The position numbers and the translations under genes are program-made. From Craspedostauros australis (taxonomy: Eukaryota), in contig JALAGF010003472.1 in NCBI GenBank assembly GCA_030167865.1, positions 1-39,329 on the forward strand: DNA of 39,329 nucleotides, written 5' to 3'. Positions 11,997-24,800 of this stretch are shown here, piece by piece. The notes below the pieces were generated by a model, which was not told where the DNA came from, ran no database searches, and saw only the letters and a list, made by a program, of their open reading frames with translations. The first letter of the stretch is position 1, and each line of letters opens with the position of its first letter.

Positions 11997-12669
11997 CGTG
12001 GATCAATGCAAAGGTCTTCTGGTGTTCTTTCTTGCTGCGCTTACTGCTTGCGGCTGTTCTTGAGAATGGTTTGCGTGTGGCTTGTTTCACTTGTGATGTT
12101 GCTCTGTACTTGTTGTGTGGAAGGCAATGGGGAAGTGGGTGGGTGCATGTTTGTTGTGCTCTCTCTCTCTTGTCTCTCCTCGCACTCTTTCGATCTCTCT
12201 CGCACCTGTATTGGCACGGTGGAGGGGCATTGGCCGTGAAGAAGGAATGCGCTTTCTTTGGCGGGATTTCGAATTGGGAAACCGTCACACGTACATTCCT
12301 ACGCAGCTTCTGTGGTAGTCATCGAATTTGAATCTGATTTAGGTCGAAGCGGTCGAAGATAGCCATCACTTTCGAGTCGCGTGTGAGTCATGGTGGCAGG
12401 ACAAAGAGAAGCGAAAATCGTGTTTCTGTGACTTTCGCCGCTTCGCATCCGCTGCTGGAGCATCGCCGTGTGACCACAGCGACATCCAAGGAGGCGCCTG
12501 CCAAGGAGAGCAGAGAGCGAACGACAGCACACATCAACGATAGCAGCCACTCGCATTGCAAGTGTAATACCTTCCATCCCATACTTCTTGCGTTGGATTT
12601 TGGAAAGAGGCGTTGCATCAATCCTCATTCGAAGCAAGGAAAGCCAAGAGGAAGCTGGCGGATTGAACT

Positions 12670-14681
12670 ATGGACAAGGTCAATGAAATTCTGGAGGCGC
12701 TGCGTGTTCAGGCTGAAGCGCATCTGCCTCCCAGAGAAGATCTCCCCAACTACGTCCGACCCACCCTCATTCTCATCTGCGGGATGCTCCTCTTCAATCT
12801 CCCAACCTTGATCTACAAGACGAGGTTTTACCTGAAGGGCGTCATGTACCTTGTTCTGTGCAACGACAAGTCCTGGAAGAAGCCGGCGGATCCTGCGGTC
12901 GTCTTCAAGAAGCTGCGGCAGATGGAGGGTGAAATTGATCGCAAGACGGTGTACTTTGTTCGCCACGGCGAGTCGACGTGGAACGATACGTTCAACAAGG
13001 GGAGCCATCGATCTGCCCTGGTCTTCGTCATCGGCTTCGTTCCTGGCCTCGTCAAGTCGGTGCTGTATGAGACGTACCTCATTTTGTCAGGCAAGCTGGA
13101 TAGGTGAGTGATTCATTTCCTTCCGATTACGTCGTGTGGCATGCAATTGCATGAGAATGAGATGGATTGGGTTGGCATCGCATGGCATATGAGTGTGTTC
13201 AGCGACCGCTACTTGAATCTTTGCAATTCACATTGCAGGCATGGATGCATCTGAGCATACGGAATGGATAATGGTTGTGTTCGTAGTGCCGTGCCATCGT
13301 GTCACTCTTGTGCTGTCTCACTGTTCATACGTGACACTCATGAATATGTTCGTTCGCTTCCTCATCTGGTGGATCTTGCATCGCACGTTACTCCATGGCC
13401 ATCGCGCCACATCATATCCCATGGCTCCAACGATGCAATTATCACGCTCTATACACAAACATTCCGGTCGATTACATTGTTGTTTTGTGCAATTCAGCTG
13501 GTTCTACGATTCGCCAATCTCCTTCCTCGGGCTCGCGCAAGTGGAGGAGCTGGCAGCCTTCCTCAACAAGAAACCAATCAACGAAACCGAGGCAAAGCAT
13601 GTGGGAATCCTCAGAGCGGACCCTGGCTCGCCACCATCCAAGGTTCTGTGTTCGAGCTTGCGTCGAGCAGTGGCGACTGTGGCTGCCGGATTCCGTGATA
13701 GGCTATCACGACGGTACGTGTTCATGGGATTGCTCCGGCGCGCGGATTCTCGGTGTGCTTGTGCTGAATGCGATGTACTGCGTTGTGCCGCGCTGTGCAA
13801 GAAAATCTATTGCGTTGCGGATGGTGGCACAGCACTGATGCATCACCCATACGATTCTGCAACATTCTCACCACTCCATGTGTCATTCTGTTGCATTGCT
13901 CCTCACACTCTGAAATACTTGTTTTATCTATTGTTACGCTACTGCCTCACAGGAGGGAGGAGAAGGTTTTGATCGTCCCATCATTGCAAGAAATCAGGTG
14001 AGTGAGCTGCTGGTCCCTGGCAGGAAGTTGTGTCCAGTTCGTTCGTTTCCTTTGACGTCAGCATATGCCTTGGCGTCGACTTCCGCGTTGTTGTGAACGG
14101 GTGGAAGATACCGCATACTGTGGGTGCGAGTCCGAACTATGGTAACAACGCCTTTGCTCATTTTTCGTCTCGTTCGTATCGTCTCACATTCATGGCACAT
14201 CGTATTGAATGTACTCTATCTGGTTTTATGCATTGCCTGTACTCGTATCAAATCGCACAGTCGCAATCCGGACACCTTGTCCATCACGCCAGCGCACACG
14301 CCGATCAGCGCATCGTTCATCGAAAAGTCTTCTCGAGTCTGCAACTTCCAAGAAATCTACTATGAACAGGTGGACATGAGCCTGCACTACGGGAACAAGC
14401 CATTGAACACCAATGGGTTGAAGCGCATGATCGAATTCTGCGACTTCCTTTACACCCCGTCCGTGAAGGAACGCCACGTGATCGTGGGCGGGCATTCCAT
14501 TTGGTTCCGATCCTTCTTCCAGACCTTCCTCCCGATGGACCTGGCGCATGATTCCAAGAAGAAGAAGATCGTCAATGCGGGCATCGTCAAGTTTGATCTC
14601 CTTCGAGCTTCGGCGAACGCGGGGACGGCGTACATGATTGATCAGAATAGCATCGAAGTGGTGTACGGAGGCTTCAGCTAA
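12670..14681 (+). CDS. Histidine phosphatase superfamily (phosphoglycerate mutase-like) protein; exons 12670-13103, 13498-13713, 13953-13997, 14261-14681 (371 aa)
   Basis: Catalytic motif VYFVRHGESTWN, plus DSP..LG..Q, CSSLRRA..T, LQE and VIVGGHS. Three GT-AG introns; 434+216+45+421=1116 nt. Confidence 0.88.
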
Positions 14682-15069
14682 ACTGCTCGGAAGGGCGGCC
14701 GAAGTGTAAGGCAAGACAGTGGGATGCAGAAGGCAAGAAGTAAATCTATGTTTGACTTTTTCTAGTTCCTATTTCTACGAATTCTGGTCCCTACCATGAG
14801 AACGGCACAAATAACTCCGCGCAGTTCCATGTCTTGACCTACGAGTACATGATCCAACTCATGCTCGGACCTGCGACCGGACTACAATTCCTGTGTCATT
14901 CACATTCCGTTGGTGCATCCGCTGTTCATTTGGGTGGCTCGAAAGGGTGGCAGGGCTAGAGAATGTGATTGGAATCGCATGCAGTGCAGAGAACCTCTCC
15001 GAGTCCTCTCATCATCGCATACATCATGCGAGTATTCTGTACAATCACCAACCGGCAAATACACCAACA

Positions 15070-15818
15070 TCATTTCCCATCCTGATTGGATTGCACCCAA
15101 TGCCCACCATGACTGTCGCTCAATCCTTGCCCATTGTGTATGGTATCCATCAACGTCTTCCGTCGCACCGTGCGCATTTTCTGCATCTCGGATGCGCTCA
15201 TATCATCATTGGTCGAAGCCACGTTGGCGTCATCGCCGCCGAACCGGGTGATGTCCGTCTCGTCGGATTGTTCACGTTGCGACGTGCTCGCGCGTTCTTT
15301 CGCCGCCTCGTACACCGTTGTCTGCGGTTTGGATCCGACCTCGAAGATGGGATGCAAGTTGTGCACGCCCTCCTTGCCCGCCTTGAGCGCAAAGAGGAAG
15401 CTGCCCAGCGCTCCGCCTCCCAGAACGGACATCATGAAGGTGTTGCGTCCCAGTTTGGCGTTGGGGAAGAGGCCGAACCTCTTCATCAGCTGGGCGGTGG
15501 TGTGCAGGACGAAGCCCGAACCGGTGCCGAAGGCTGAGACAAGTAAGGAGAGAGAAAGCAAGAAAGAAAGAACAAGATCGAGACAACAATAGGAAAGCAG
15601 AAGAAGCAGGAAGGAGCATGAGAGAAGAACAATCACACAGCTGCAACAACGACATCGACAAGAAGTCGCAAGACCGTGAAGCCCAAGCAGTTCTGTGGAT
15701 TGAAAGATGGCTCACCAATGCCCTGGAATGAGTTGGTCCAGATATCACGCCGCACATCTCCCAAGGTTCGGATGTCGCTCTTGCTGAGAGTGTCTGGAGG
15801 TGTGAAAGCGCGTGTCAT
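15070..15818 (-). CDS. Hypothetical small membrane protein; exons 15818-15716 and 15533-15070 (188 aa)
   Basis: GTGAGC donor and a pyrimidine-rich TCTCAG acceptor give 103+464=567 nt in frame. Two Gly-rich hydrophobic segments. No family recognised. Confidence 0.72.
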
Positions 15819-16649
15819 GTTGCCACAGTCTGGTCCGCCTTGCGTGATTGAGATGGTTTGCTTTGCTGTGCTCTATTGGCAATGAAAATGACGTCAACTT
15901 TGAGGATGATGGCGGTCCGTTCGGTTTGGCTGCGAATGCTGCTGTTTGTAGCTTGCGTTGAGGGCAGAGCAACAGTCGTATGGTATCGTAGGCGGTTGCA
16001 CGTGGCCAGTAGAGGTGTGGATGTCTTCTGCGAGATGGGCGAATCCGCGGCTGCCTTCGTCCTGGCTCCTTTTGCGTTGGCTGTCGCTGCGGTTTGCTTG
16101 GTGGCTTTCGTCCGCAACGTGCTTGGTACTCTCTGTGCTTCTTTGGAGTGCTCGTTTTTGTGCTTCGCTCGTCTCGGTCTGCGTGTTTGTGTATTTGCGT
16201 GTCTCTCTGGGTTGGTGATGACAATGGTGATGATGACGGTGGAGATCGGGGTTCTTCAGAGTGAGCGTTTTCTTCGTTTTGGCATCAACCCATCACACAG
16301 GATGCGAATCCGTTCCATGATCATGGTTTCTCTCTCTAGATAAAATCTGGTAGTATTGATGTATGTGTAAACGTATATTTACCGCAACTTCTATTGGCTC
16401 ATCATGGCGTTCTGCCACGTGACAACAATGCTGACACCAACAACGCTGACACCAACGACGACACAAGCGACAGAAGACCTCATTGACGTCGGCAGATGCT
16501 ACATTGGCATGTCGCCATTGCGGTTGCTGCAGATGGCATCACACCATTCATGTTCTCATTACGAGTAGTCAATGCGATGAATTGCTGAAGAATCAATAGA
16601 AGCCACAGCAACAGCATCACAGCAAACAAGGACAGCAACGAAGACGGAA

Positions 16650-18512
16650 ATGGCAAGGAACGCCGATGGTCGGCGGAACGCATTCCGAATTGGCGCCATT
16701 TTCCTCGCATTCCTCGTTTCCTCGCAAGCGTTCCAGCTGCACCGATTCAGCGGTCGCACCCGTACGCGTGGGGGTAGATGTGAAGATGAAAAGAGATATC
16801 GACAGCAATGGCGACGGCAAGAGGCAACGCACTTGTTCGGAATCGGTTCAGATCCCGACATGCCGACCGAACCAATCGATGCATCGGAGATGGGATCAAT
16901 GCCGGACGCTCTACCTGCAATTGTTCCCATCAGCAACCTCACCAGCAGCCTTGCTAGCAACCTCACCACAAGTACGAATGAGACATCATCCACTTGGGAA
17001 TTGATGGATCAAGCCATTCCACCTGCGGGCATTGCGATTGAAACGCCAACGAACGAAGAGCAGCTAGGGATCCCGACAGGCGTGGATGAAACTGAAGCAA
17101 TCGGGCCTGCGTCGCTGCCGATCGTATCATCGCAACCCATCGATGGAAACATCAACACCACACAACCACAGCTGTCAAGAAGGCATCTTTTCGTGAGAGG
17201 CACGGTGTTACTCGGAGCTGGCTTGGTCATTTCGTGGCAGGTTGTGCAGGCACAGGAGAGGGCCGCGTTGGAAGCGCAACGACTTGCGCAGCTGCAAAGG
17301 CAGAAAGCAGCATCGATGATCCCCAGCAAGATCGAGTTCAATGCGAACGTGAGCACTAATGCCTCCACGATTCCTGCAGCAGCGACTGGAGCACCTGCCA
17401 ATGCCACAGTTCAGCTTGCCACAGATCAACGAACGGCCGCCGCTAACTCTCCAATCAAGACTGCACCAGCGCCTGCAACGACTTCTTCTGCAGCCACGCC
17501 TGCAGCAACGCTCGAGCCGGTCAACCTCACGAAGGTCGCATCAGAAACGAACATCAATGTCACGCTGCTCGACGGAAAGGAGCAAGTGTTCGTGGATCCG
17601 AAGAGCCTCACCAAAGTCAAGGTCGCCATCAAGCCAACTTGGTTCCCGGCCTTTCTGTCACCACAGCCGCAGATCGTCAAGACGTTCCCGGATTTCGAAA
17701 TCATGGAGGCTGCCATCGTTGCTGGTTCCGTCACCGAGATGGTCCGAACGTCCGTGCTCTACCCTGTGCAAACGGTCAAGACGAGAATACAGACGGATAT
17801 CCATAACGTGACCCTCCAACCACCGCCCGTAGAACAGCGCCTGCAAAAGCTGGCGTACAATGTCCAACGCCACACGCAGGAGGGCAATCTGTACGCTGGA
17901 ATCGTGCCTTCCTTGCTCGTCTCCGTGCCGGCCACCGGAGTCTATTACGGCACGCGCGACATCTCCAAACGCATGCTCTCCATGCTGCCGATCAACGACG
18001 TCACTGTCGCATTGACGGCCGCCTCCATCGCCGACGTTATATCGCTGGCATTCCGGACGCCGGCCGACGCCCTGGCCTTGCGTCTGCAAAATCAGGACGA
18101 CGAAGGCAACTGGATTCGTGACGGCCTGCAACGATTGCCGGCGGTGGTTCTCACGGATCTGCCCTACCTCGTCACCAAGATTGCACTGAACCGCGTCTTC
18201 ATCCAAGGCCACACCAGCATCGATCGGTACATCGAAGGCGCCATCGCGGCTGCCATCATCGCAGCTTTCGTCACGACGCCCTTCGACGTGGCGCGCACGA
18301 GGATCCTGATTGATAGCGACGGCGGTTCCATGGGAAACGTTGCGGACACGATGCATGACATCATGAAGGAGGGAGATGGCGGCGTTGCCAACCTCTTTGC
18401 GGGTTGGCTGGAACGCACACTCTATCTTGGCATCGGCCGGGCCTGGTTGGAACCCTTCGCCATCCTCGGGTACGCCTTCATCCGCGACGCCGTCCTGCTC
18501 AAGTGGCTGTAA
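16650..18512 (+). CDS. Mitochondrial carrier family (SLC25) protein with signal peptide and long N-terminal extension (620 aa)
   Basis: Three Px[DE]xx[KR]xR-type motifs (YPVQTVKTRIQ, TPADALALRLQ, TPFDVARTRI), plus LYAG and LFAG. N-terminus IFLAFLVSSQA-F. Confidence 0.88.
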   Translation: MARNADGRRNAFRIGAIFLAFLVSSQAFQLHRFSGRTRTRGGRCEDEKRYRQQWRRQEATHLFGIGSDPDMPTEPIDASEMGSMPDALPAIVPISNLTSSLASNLTTSTNETSSTWELMDQAIPPAGIAIETPTNEEQLGIPTGVDETEAIGPASLPIVSSQPIDGNINTTQPQLSRRHLFVRGTVLLGAGLVISWQVVQAQERAALEAQRLAQLQRQKAASMIPSKIEFNANVSTNASTIPAAATGAPANATVQLATDQRTAAANSPIKTAPAPATTSSAATPAATLEPVNLTKVASETNINVTLLDGKEQVFVDPKSLTKVKVAIKPTWFPAFLSPQPQIVKTFPDFEIMEAAIVAGSVTEMVRTSVLYPVQTVKTRIQTDIHNVTLQPPPVEQRLQKLAYNVQRHTQEGNLYAGIVPSLLVSVPATGVYYGTRDISKRMLSMLPINDVTVALTAASIADVISLAFRTPADALALRLQNQDDEGNWIRDGLQRLPAVVLTDLPYLVTKIALNRVFIQGHTSIDRYIEGAIAAAIIAAFVTTPFDVARTRILIDSDGGSMGNVADTMHDIMKEGDGGVANLFAGWLERTLYLGIGRAWLEPFAILGYAFIRDAVLLKWL

Positions 18513-18976
18513 ATTAGGGACGAGGAGGGTCGTCGTAGAGACACGGAATGGTAGTTGTGCTTGTTCGCTGACAAACAGTATAGAATAGAGGATGACTGGT
18601 AGCATAGGAATAGTTGAGCATTTGTACCATTTGCAACATTGTCGGTAAAAGTTGAGTCAAGTTCACGGAATCGAGCTGCGGAGCATGGAGTAATAGTAGT
18701 TGTAGACTACGCGCCAGGTAGCATCAATGGGAAAACACACTTCGCGGAATACCTCCCCAAAATGGTTTGCCACTGGAAATGGATTTTTGGTGGTTATCGG
18801 ATTAGCTTCTCAAACATCAACAAACCCATCACCACCACCACCAAAGATTTTGATTGCCTCTCTTGTGCACATCTCATTCCACATCAGTTTCACGGAGGCA
18901 GTCCTTGGTTGTTCCATTCTTCAGACCTTCCCACCAATCACAACTCGCAGCGACAAGCAACAAGGGATATTACACC

Positions 18977-21165
18977 ATGAGACCTCCTGTGACCTTCCGA
19001 GGCAGCATCGGCGGAGGCGGTCGAATGGGCGGTGGTCGCTTCTCCCGCGGTGGAGGACGCAGAGGGTACAGAGGTGGCGGCAGAGGTGGAGGAAGAGGAT
19101 ACATGCGCGGAGGTGGGCGTGGGCGTGGGCGTGGACGTGGCTACAACAATGGTCGTGGTGGCAGAGGAAGAGGTGGGGGCAGAGGCAGAGGCAATCAGCC
19201 AGTGGAGAACGACTTCGTCGAAGTCATCGGCGAGAAGGCCAAAGCCGCCTCATTGGCTCCCATGCTCAACATTGCTGTGGAGGGATGCTGCCATGGAGAG
19301 CTGGATCGCATTTACCAGCGCTTGCTGGCATACGAGGCTCAGACCAAGACCAAGATCGACCTGCTGCTGTGCTGCGGAGATTTCCAGTCGATACGTTTCC
19401 CCAGCGACTACCACAGCACATCGATACCGCCCAAATACAGACAGCTGGGCTCTTTCCCCAACTACTACTCCGGTCGCAAGAAGGCACCGATCACGACCGT
19501 GTTCATCGGCGGGAATCACGAGGCAGGACAGCCGTTACGGGAGCTGCATTACGGTGGTTGGGTGGCACCGAACATCTACTACTTGGGAACTGCCGGAGTC
19601 CTGCGTTTCGGCGGATTGCGCATTGGAGGTATCAGCGGCATCTACCAACCGTACCACTACAAGCTTGGCCATTTCGGTGAGTCATCCGTTGCTGCGCGAT
19701 CAACGATGGAGCAGCATTGCCAACGCTGCCTTGTTTGCCCTGTATTCATCTTGCATTCCCTTTGGGAACAACTCTGCATTCGTTCGTCTCACACTTCACA
19801 CCCACATAATCCCCATCAACAATTGCACACGCCACAGAACGACCTCCATACGATCGAAAGGCCGTGAAGAGCGTGTATCACGTGCGCAATCTGGATGCCT
19901 TCCGCATGAAGCAAGTTCCCACCCTCGATCGCAATGTGGACATCATGCTCAGCCACGACTGGCCGAATGGAGTCGAGAAGCACGGCGATGCTGAGGGTCT
20001 GATTCGAAAGAAGCCATTCTTCAAGAAAGAGATCAAAGACAACGCATTGGGAAGTCCACCGAACCGCGAGATCCTCGAAAGCTTGCAACCCAAATGGTGG
20101 TTCTCCGCGCATCTCCATGTCAAGTTCCGCGCGACTTTCAAGCATGGGCAGGAGGCGGATCCGGCTGCGGGAGGACGCAAGGACGACTCCGAGAAGAGCA
20201 AGCAGGGAAGCAACCAAACACTGCTGGTTCCTTCGCAAGTAACGCCGACAAAGAAGCCAGGTGCGAGCAGCAAGTTGGATGAAGCGGAGGCTCCACCAGC
20301 TGATGATGGAGCCGACGATGGAGCAGACGACAAGGCGGCCGAAGCTGCACCAACCGAAAATGCTGCAGAAGAAGAAAAGGCGCCTGACACCGCAGCAGAG
20401 AATGATGTTCCCACCACCAATTTCATGTCGCTTGACAAGTGCCTTCCAAGAAGACAGTACCTGTCCGTTCTGCGAGTTCCTTCTGTTGATCCGGACACCA
20501 CGCGAAAGCTGGAGTACGATCCCGAGTGGCTTGCGTTGCTGCGCAAAACCCACCATCTGCTTGTTACAGAGAACAGGGAAGTCACGGTTCCTGATGGCCT
20601 TGTGTCCGACGACCAAGCTGACGCTGAGACCAACACCGACTCCATCAAGGCGGTGACCCAAAGCGATGTCGACTGGGTGATCGAGCAGTTTAAGAAGAAG
20701 CGACCGGAGCACGGTCTGTGCGTCCCGGACAACTTCGTCCCGACGGTTCCCCCGCAGCACCGCGATTCGGGACCGCTTCCCCTCATGGGCAATCCGCAGA
20801 CCGATGAACTATTGGACATACTGGATCTGGAACACAATCTGACCGTCCCGTACGACCCTTCCGCGTATGACAGCAAATACGCCATGGTGTGCGCCGATGT
20901 GCCACCGCCGCCGCCACCACCACGTGTGCCAAATGTGGCGGCAGCAGATGACAACGAGATTGGGATAGACTCCGATGATGATGGCGATGACGATGCAGCG
21001 GGGCAGGATGATAATGAGATCGGGCTCGATTCCGACCTCGATGGCGACGAGGATGACAATGCCGGCGATGACAACGAGATTGGCATTGACTCGGATGATG
21101 GAGATGAAGGCGAAGGCGACGAGGCTCCTGTGAAACGCGCAAGAGTGGGATCCACAACGGATTGA
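18977..21165 (+). CDS. DBR1: RNA lariat debranching enzyme; exons 18977-19676 and 19838-21165 (675 aa)
   Basis: Metallophosphoesterase/DBR1 motifs [27 protein letters not shown]...SVYHVR, SHDWP, WFSAHLH and LDKCLP. Intron GTGAGT...CACAG; 700+1328=2028 nt. Confidence 0.96.
20947..21096 (+). repeat. Three degenerate coding repeats with 60-bp period (DDNEIG[IL]DSD) in the DBR1 C-terminal tail
   Basis: Units start at 20947, 21007 and 21067. Synonymous differences between units, with the peptide conserved. Confidence 0.85.
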
Positions 21166-21502
21166 GCGAAGCGCATATATGGTACTCCAGTGCATTGTTG
21201 ATTGTGTTCGTCAATGGAAAATGGCGGACTTGGGAATGCTCGATTCATGCTCGCTGATCCCAACCAGGCGCGAGAACAAGAGAGCACAGAACTTCCGCAA
21301 GGCCGAGCCATGCTCGTACACTCGTTGAGCGCAATAGAGACTAATCGCAGCTGAGCCTGCATCTCAGCACTCTCGATTAAAACAATAGAAGCAGGCGTGG
21401 CATGCCAACTCACAGCGACCATCAGCATTGGCGAGAAGAGGAGGAGGCCTCGAGAGTTCCGACGCGAGGTTTCTGTTTGCGAGAACATCGACAGGCAAAA
21501 AG

Positions 21503-21575
21503 TGGACACTGCCGGAATCGAACCGGCGACCTTCCGCATGCAAAGCGGACGCTCTGCCAACTGAGCTAAGCGCCC
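21503..21575 (-). tRNA. tRNA-Ala(UGC)
   Basis: GGGCGCT TA GCTC AGTTGGCA GAGC G TCCGC TT-TGC-AT GCGGA AGGTC GCCGG TTCGATT CCGGC AGTGTCC A. Full cloverleaf with the G3:U70 Ala determinant and a downstream TTTTT terminator. Confidence 0.97.
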
Positions 21576-21801
21576 TTGGTGCCTGAGACGGGACAATTTA
21601 TATTATCGATAATGAAAGTGGTCCATCACGAAATCCCACAAACATCAACCACCAACGGAAATCAACATCCCCTCCCGTTTCCTGCCTCCGACACAGTTGT
21701 TGTATCTGTACGAGTGCGCTGTGAACAGACACTGCTCGTCCTCGGTCGTCACACAGATTGGATCTCACATACCGGAGACAGACAGGAACAAACGCAAGAA
21801 G

Positions 21802-24800
21802 ATGGCAGGACCTTCGCTGCGGTTGAACATCTCCGCGAAGCCGAAGGGCGACGCCAATCCTCCGGCGGCGAAGAAACGGAGGTTCACGCCGCCGAGCTCC
21901 ACGCGATCCAACACGGCGGACGCCTCCAACCTGCGGCTCCTGCATCAGCGCAGCTCCCTCTCCTTCGTGCTGAACGACTCCGTGAAGGACGCCGCCTCCA
22001 CGGAATGGTGCGCACAGGGCGAGACGACGCTGTTCGTCGTGGACGAGTCCAAGGCTTCCAAGTCCAGCAGCGCTGCTCCGCTCATCCTGCATTTCGCGCT
22101 GCATCTCAGAGGAACCTGCTGCGTCACGGACGTTCAGGTGCAGTCCATCGACAAGAAGGACTGCTCCGCGCTCGCCGCCTTCAGCTGCACGCATCAGCAC
22201 GTGGATCCGCTCGAGCGCGTCATGATCCGGCCTGCGGATACGTACGAGATCGATCCTGATGTGATCAACGACGCCAATGGTGACAATGATGGTGACAATG
22301 ATGGTGACAATGATCTTGACAATCCTCGCGACGACAAGTTCCATGCGGATTCCCAGTCCTCGCGTGGGGCTGTCGGCATGACGAACGCGCTGAGGGCGGC
22401 CAGCGTCGCCTCCGCGATGGGAGAGTTGCGTCTATCCACGGTGTACCAGGGCCTCGACAAGAGCAAGGTCGACGAGGCGCAGCAGGAAAAGATCCTCGCC
22501 TGCTGGACGGAGGAACTGTCCAAACCCGCAGAGGCGAATGCGGGGCATGCCATGACGGACCTGCAGAGCACGATGCGAGAGAGATCCGAACTGCGCAAGT
22601 CTCCGCGCATGGAATGGGTGGCCAAGGAGATGGCGAACGCGTCCGCGGCATCCGAGTTCCAGCGATCGCTCAAGATCACCGTCAAGTACAAGATAGAGCT
22701 GTCGGGTCGCGAGCATTTGGGAGGCATCCACGCGGTGCATCGCAATCGCACGCCCTACATATACACCACGTGCGGCGTATACGGCGACCACGAAGGTCCC
22801 CGGTGTTGGCTCCCCACGTTGGATTCCGCAAACGCCAACCACAGATCCTCGCACGAGCTCGCCATCAAGGTCACGGCCCCCATGAAGGAAGGGATCTCCG
22901 CGGCGGGCTTCGGTGAAGACCATGGAGACTCGGCGTGTCTGCTGCACAGGAGGGTTGGGTCTGCCGGCAACGAGGACAGTGTGAAGGAACAGCTCGGCGC
23001 GTCGCATTACGATCACGTCCGTGAGAATCGCGAGCGTATCGAGCAACAGCACACAAACGTGCACATCGTTCCGCCCGACACAACGCAGCAGGTTTCCATC
23101 CATGATGTGGAGGCGACCTACATCTGGGCATCGGCAAGTTGGATGCCCATACCCAGCAGATCCGTCGGATTCGTCGTGGGGCCATTGCGAACGCTCAAGG
23201 ACCCGGAATACTTCCTCGAGCACAAGAGCAACACGGATGCAGTTCGGTACGATGGGATACGCCACGCCTACTTCGCCCCGCTCTTTCTGCGCAAGTTCCT
23301 GCACTCCAAGGCCAGAACGGAGCTGCTCGATACGGACTCCATCGATTTCGAACCGTTGCGGCCGCATCAGGTCGACACGTTGCATGGGCTGGACAATTGC
23401 GTCCTCGGCGCGTCCTCCGGCGTTCCCCATCGCTCTCTCACGCTCATGCGCGATGTGCTCGCCTTGCCAGCATTCCGCACGACATCCTACACGCAGTTCT
23501 GGATCCCGGAGGCCGTCCACGGCGGGTCGTCCAGCGGATCGCTGCACAGCTGCTCGGAGGTCCTCATCAATCCCTTCCTGGGTGGCTCGATCATGGACTC
23601 TCACCTGCTCCCGCCCATCGGCAAGCAGTTGCCCTACTATGCGGGCGGGCGCGTTCTGCAATTCATGCAGGCACGCAACTCCGTGCGTTCGTGGATCACT
23701 GCCGCCATTCCGCTTGGTGGCCGCGACGACACGGGGCAAGGCTACCTGCATTCCCTCATCGAGAGCTTGATTATCAGCATCTACGAACGTGCCCATGGGT
23801 CGTTTGGACAAGGTGAGTCTTTGCGCGTGCGCAGTCGGGGCCGACGGTACAATGAGTTTGACAGCCAGATACCGTGAGGGAAATATGCACATCAGCTTTG
23901 AGGCAGGCCAGCTCACACTTGCAATTGTGCACATGATTATCGCCCATTATTTCATTTCTCCTCCTCGTCCTCGTCCGTCTCAATTTCATTTATTGTATGA
24001 TCGATTGACGAACAACGATTAACCAGGTGGTTCGGAGGGTGGCTTCTTCTTCTCCAAACGCCGTGCAAGGACCAGCGGCCTCAACAGCCCCAATTTGGAT
24101 TTCCTTCCTGTGCAGAACGTGGAAGAAACAGATCTCGACATGGTGGTGGGATCGGTCGTCGGCGCGGTTCCTGTGGAAGATAGAAACAACGAGCAGCTGT
24201 GGCGATCCACGAGGAATGGAACAGAATCGCACACTGCCTCGAGCGACGAATTCACCATCCGACAGATGCTGTGCAAAGATGTCATCAAGGCGCTGGAGTA
24301 CGGGACGGACAAAGACAAGCTCGTGCCGACACCGTCCATGGGATGGCTCGGTTCTTACCTCTCCCTGTCCTTCCTGTCCAGCAATGCCGCCTCCAGCAGC
24401 GAGCTTGGTTGCGGCGCTGTCGAGCTCCTCCATCCCACCGGTGGCCTCGTGTACCGCCGTCTGAAGAGCGACATCCTCAGCTGCATCGTGGAGGCAAGAG
24501 CCGGCATCGCGAATTTCATCCGTCTCATCCGTGCAACATTCATCGCTGCGTACCTCTCCGACATTGGCAGGTCAGAATTGGAATACCCGTTTGACAGAAA
24601 GATCAAGGCATCGGCGAAAGACAATCCCAAGAGCACGTCGCTGGGTTCCAAGATCAATGCTGAGCCAGACTATCACGACGGTCCCAAACCACGTTTCGTC
24701 GACTGCGTCAACCAAATCTTGAAGAGAAAGGGATTGACGCACACGCTCTTCACGCGTGCTCTGCAGACCTTGTCAGGTCGCATTCGCGAGGCGCATTTGT

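Noticed and set aside
16430-16459. 15-bp tandem duplication GCTGACACCAAC(A/G)AC upstream of the carrier gene
   Set aside because: Only two copies in CAA-rich leader sequence typical of the 5' regions in this window.
19878-21596. 572-aa minus-strand ORF
   Set aside because: Antisense shadow of DBR1 exon 2 that also runs through the tRNA-Ala gene; Ser-rich mirror composition with no motifs.
22432-23934. 500-aa minus-strand ORF, and similar overlapping ORFs over the carrier, gamma-CA and TGS1 genes
   Set aside because: Shadow frames caused by GC-rich codon bias on the opposite strand of well-supported genes.
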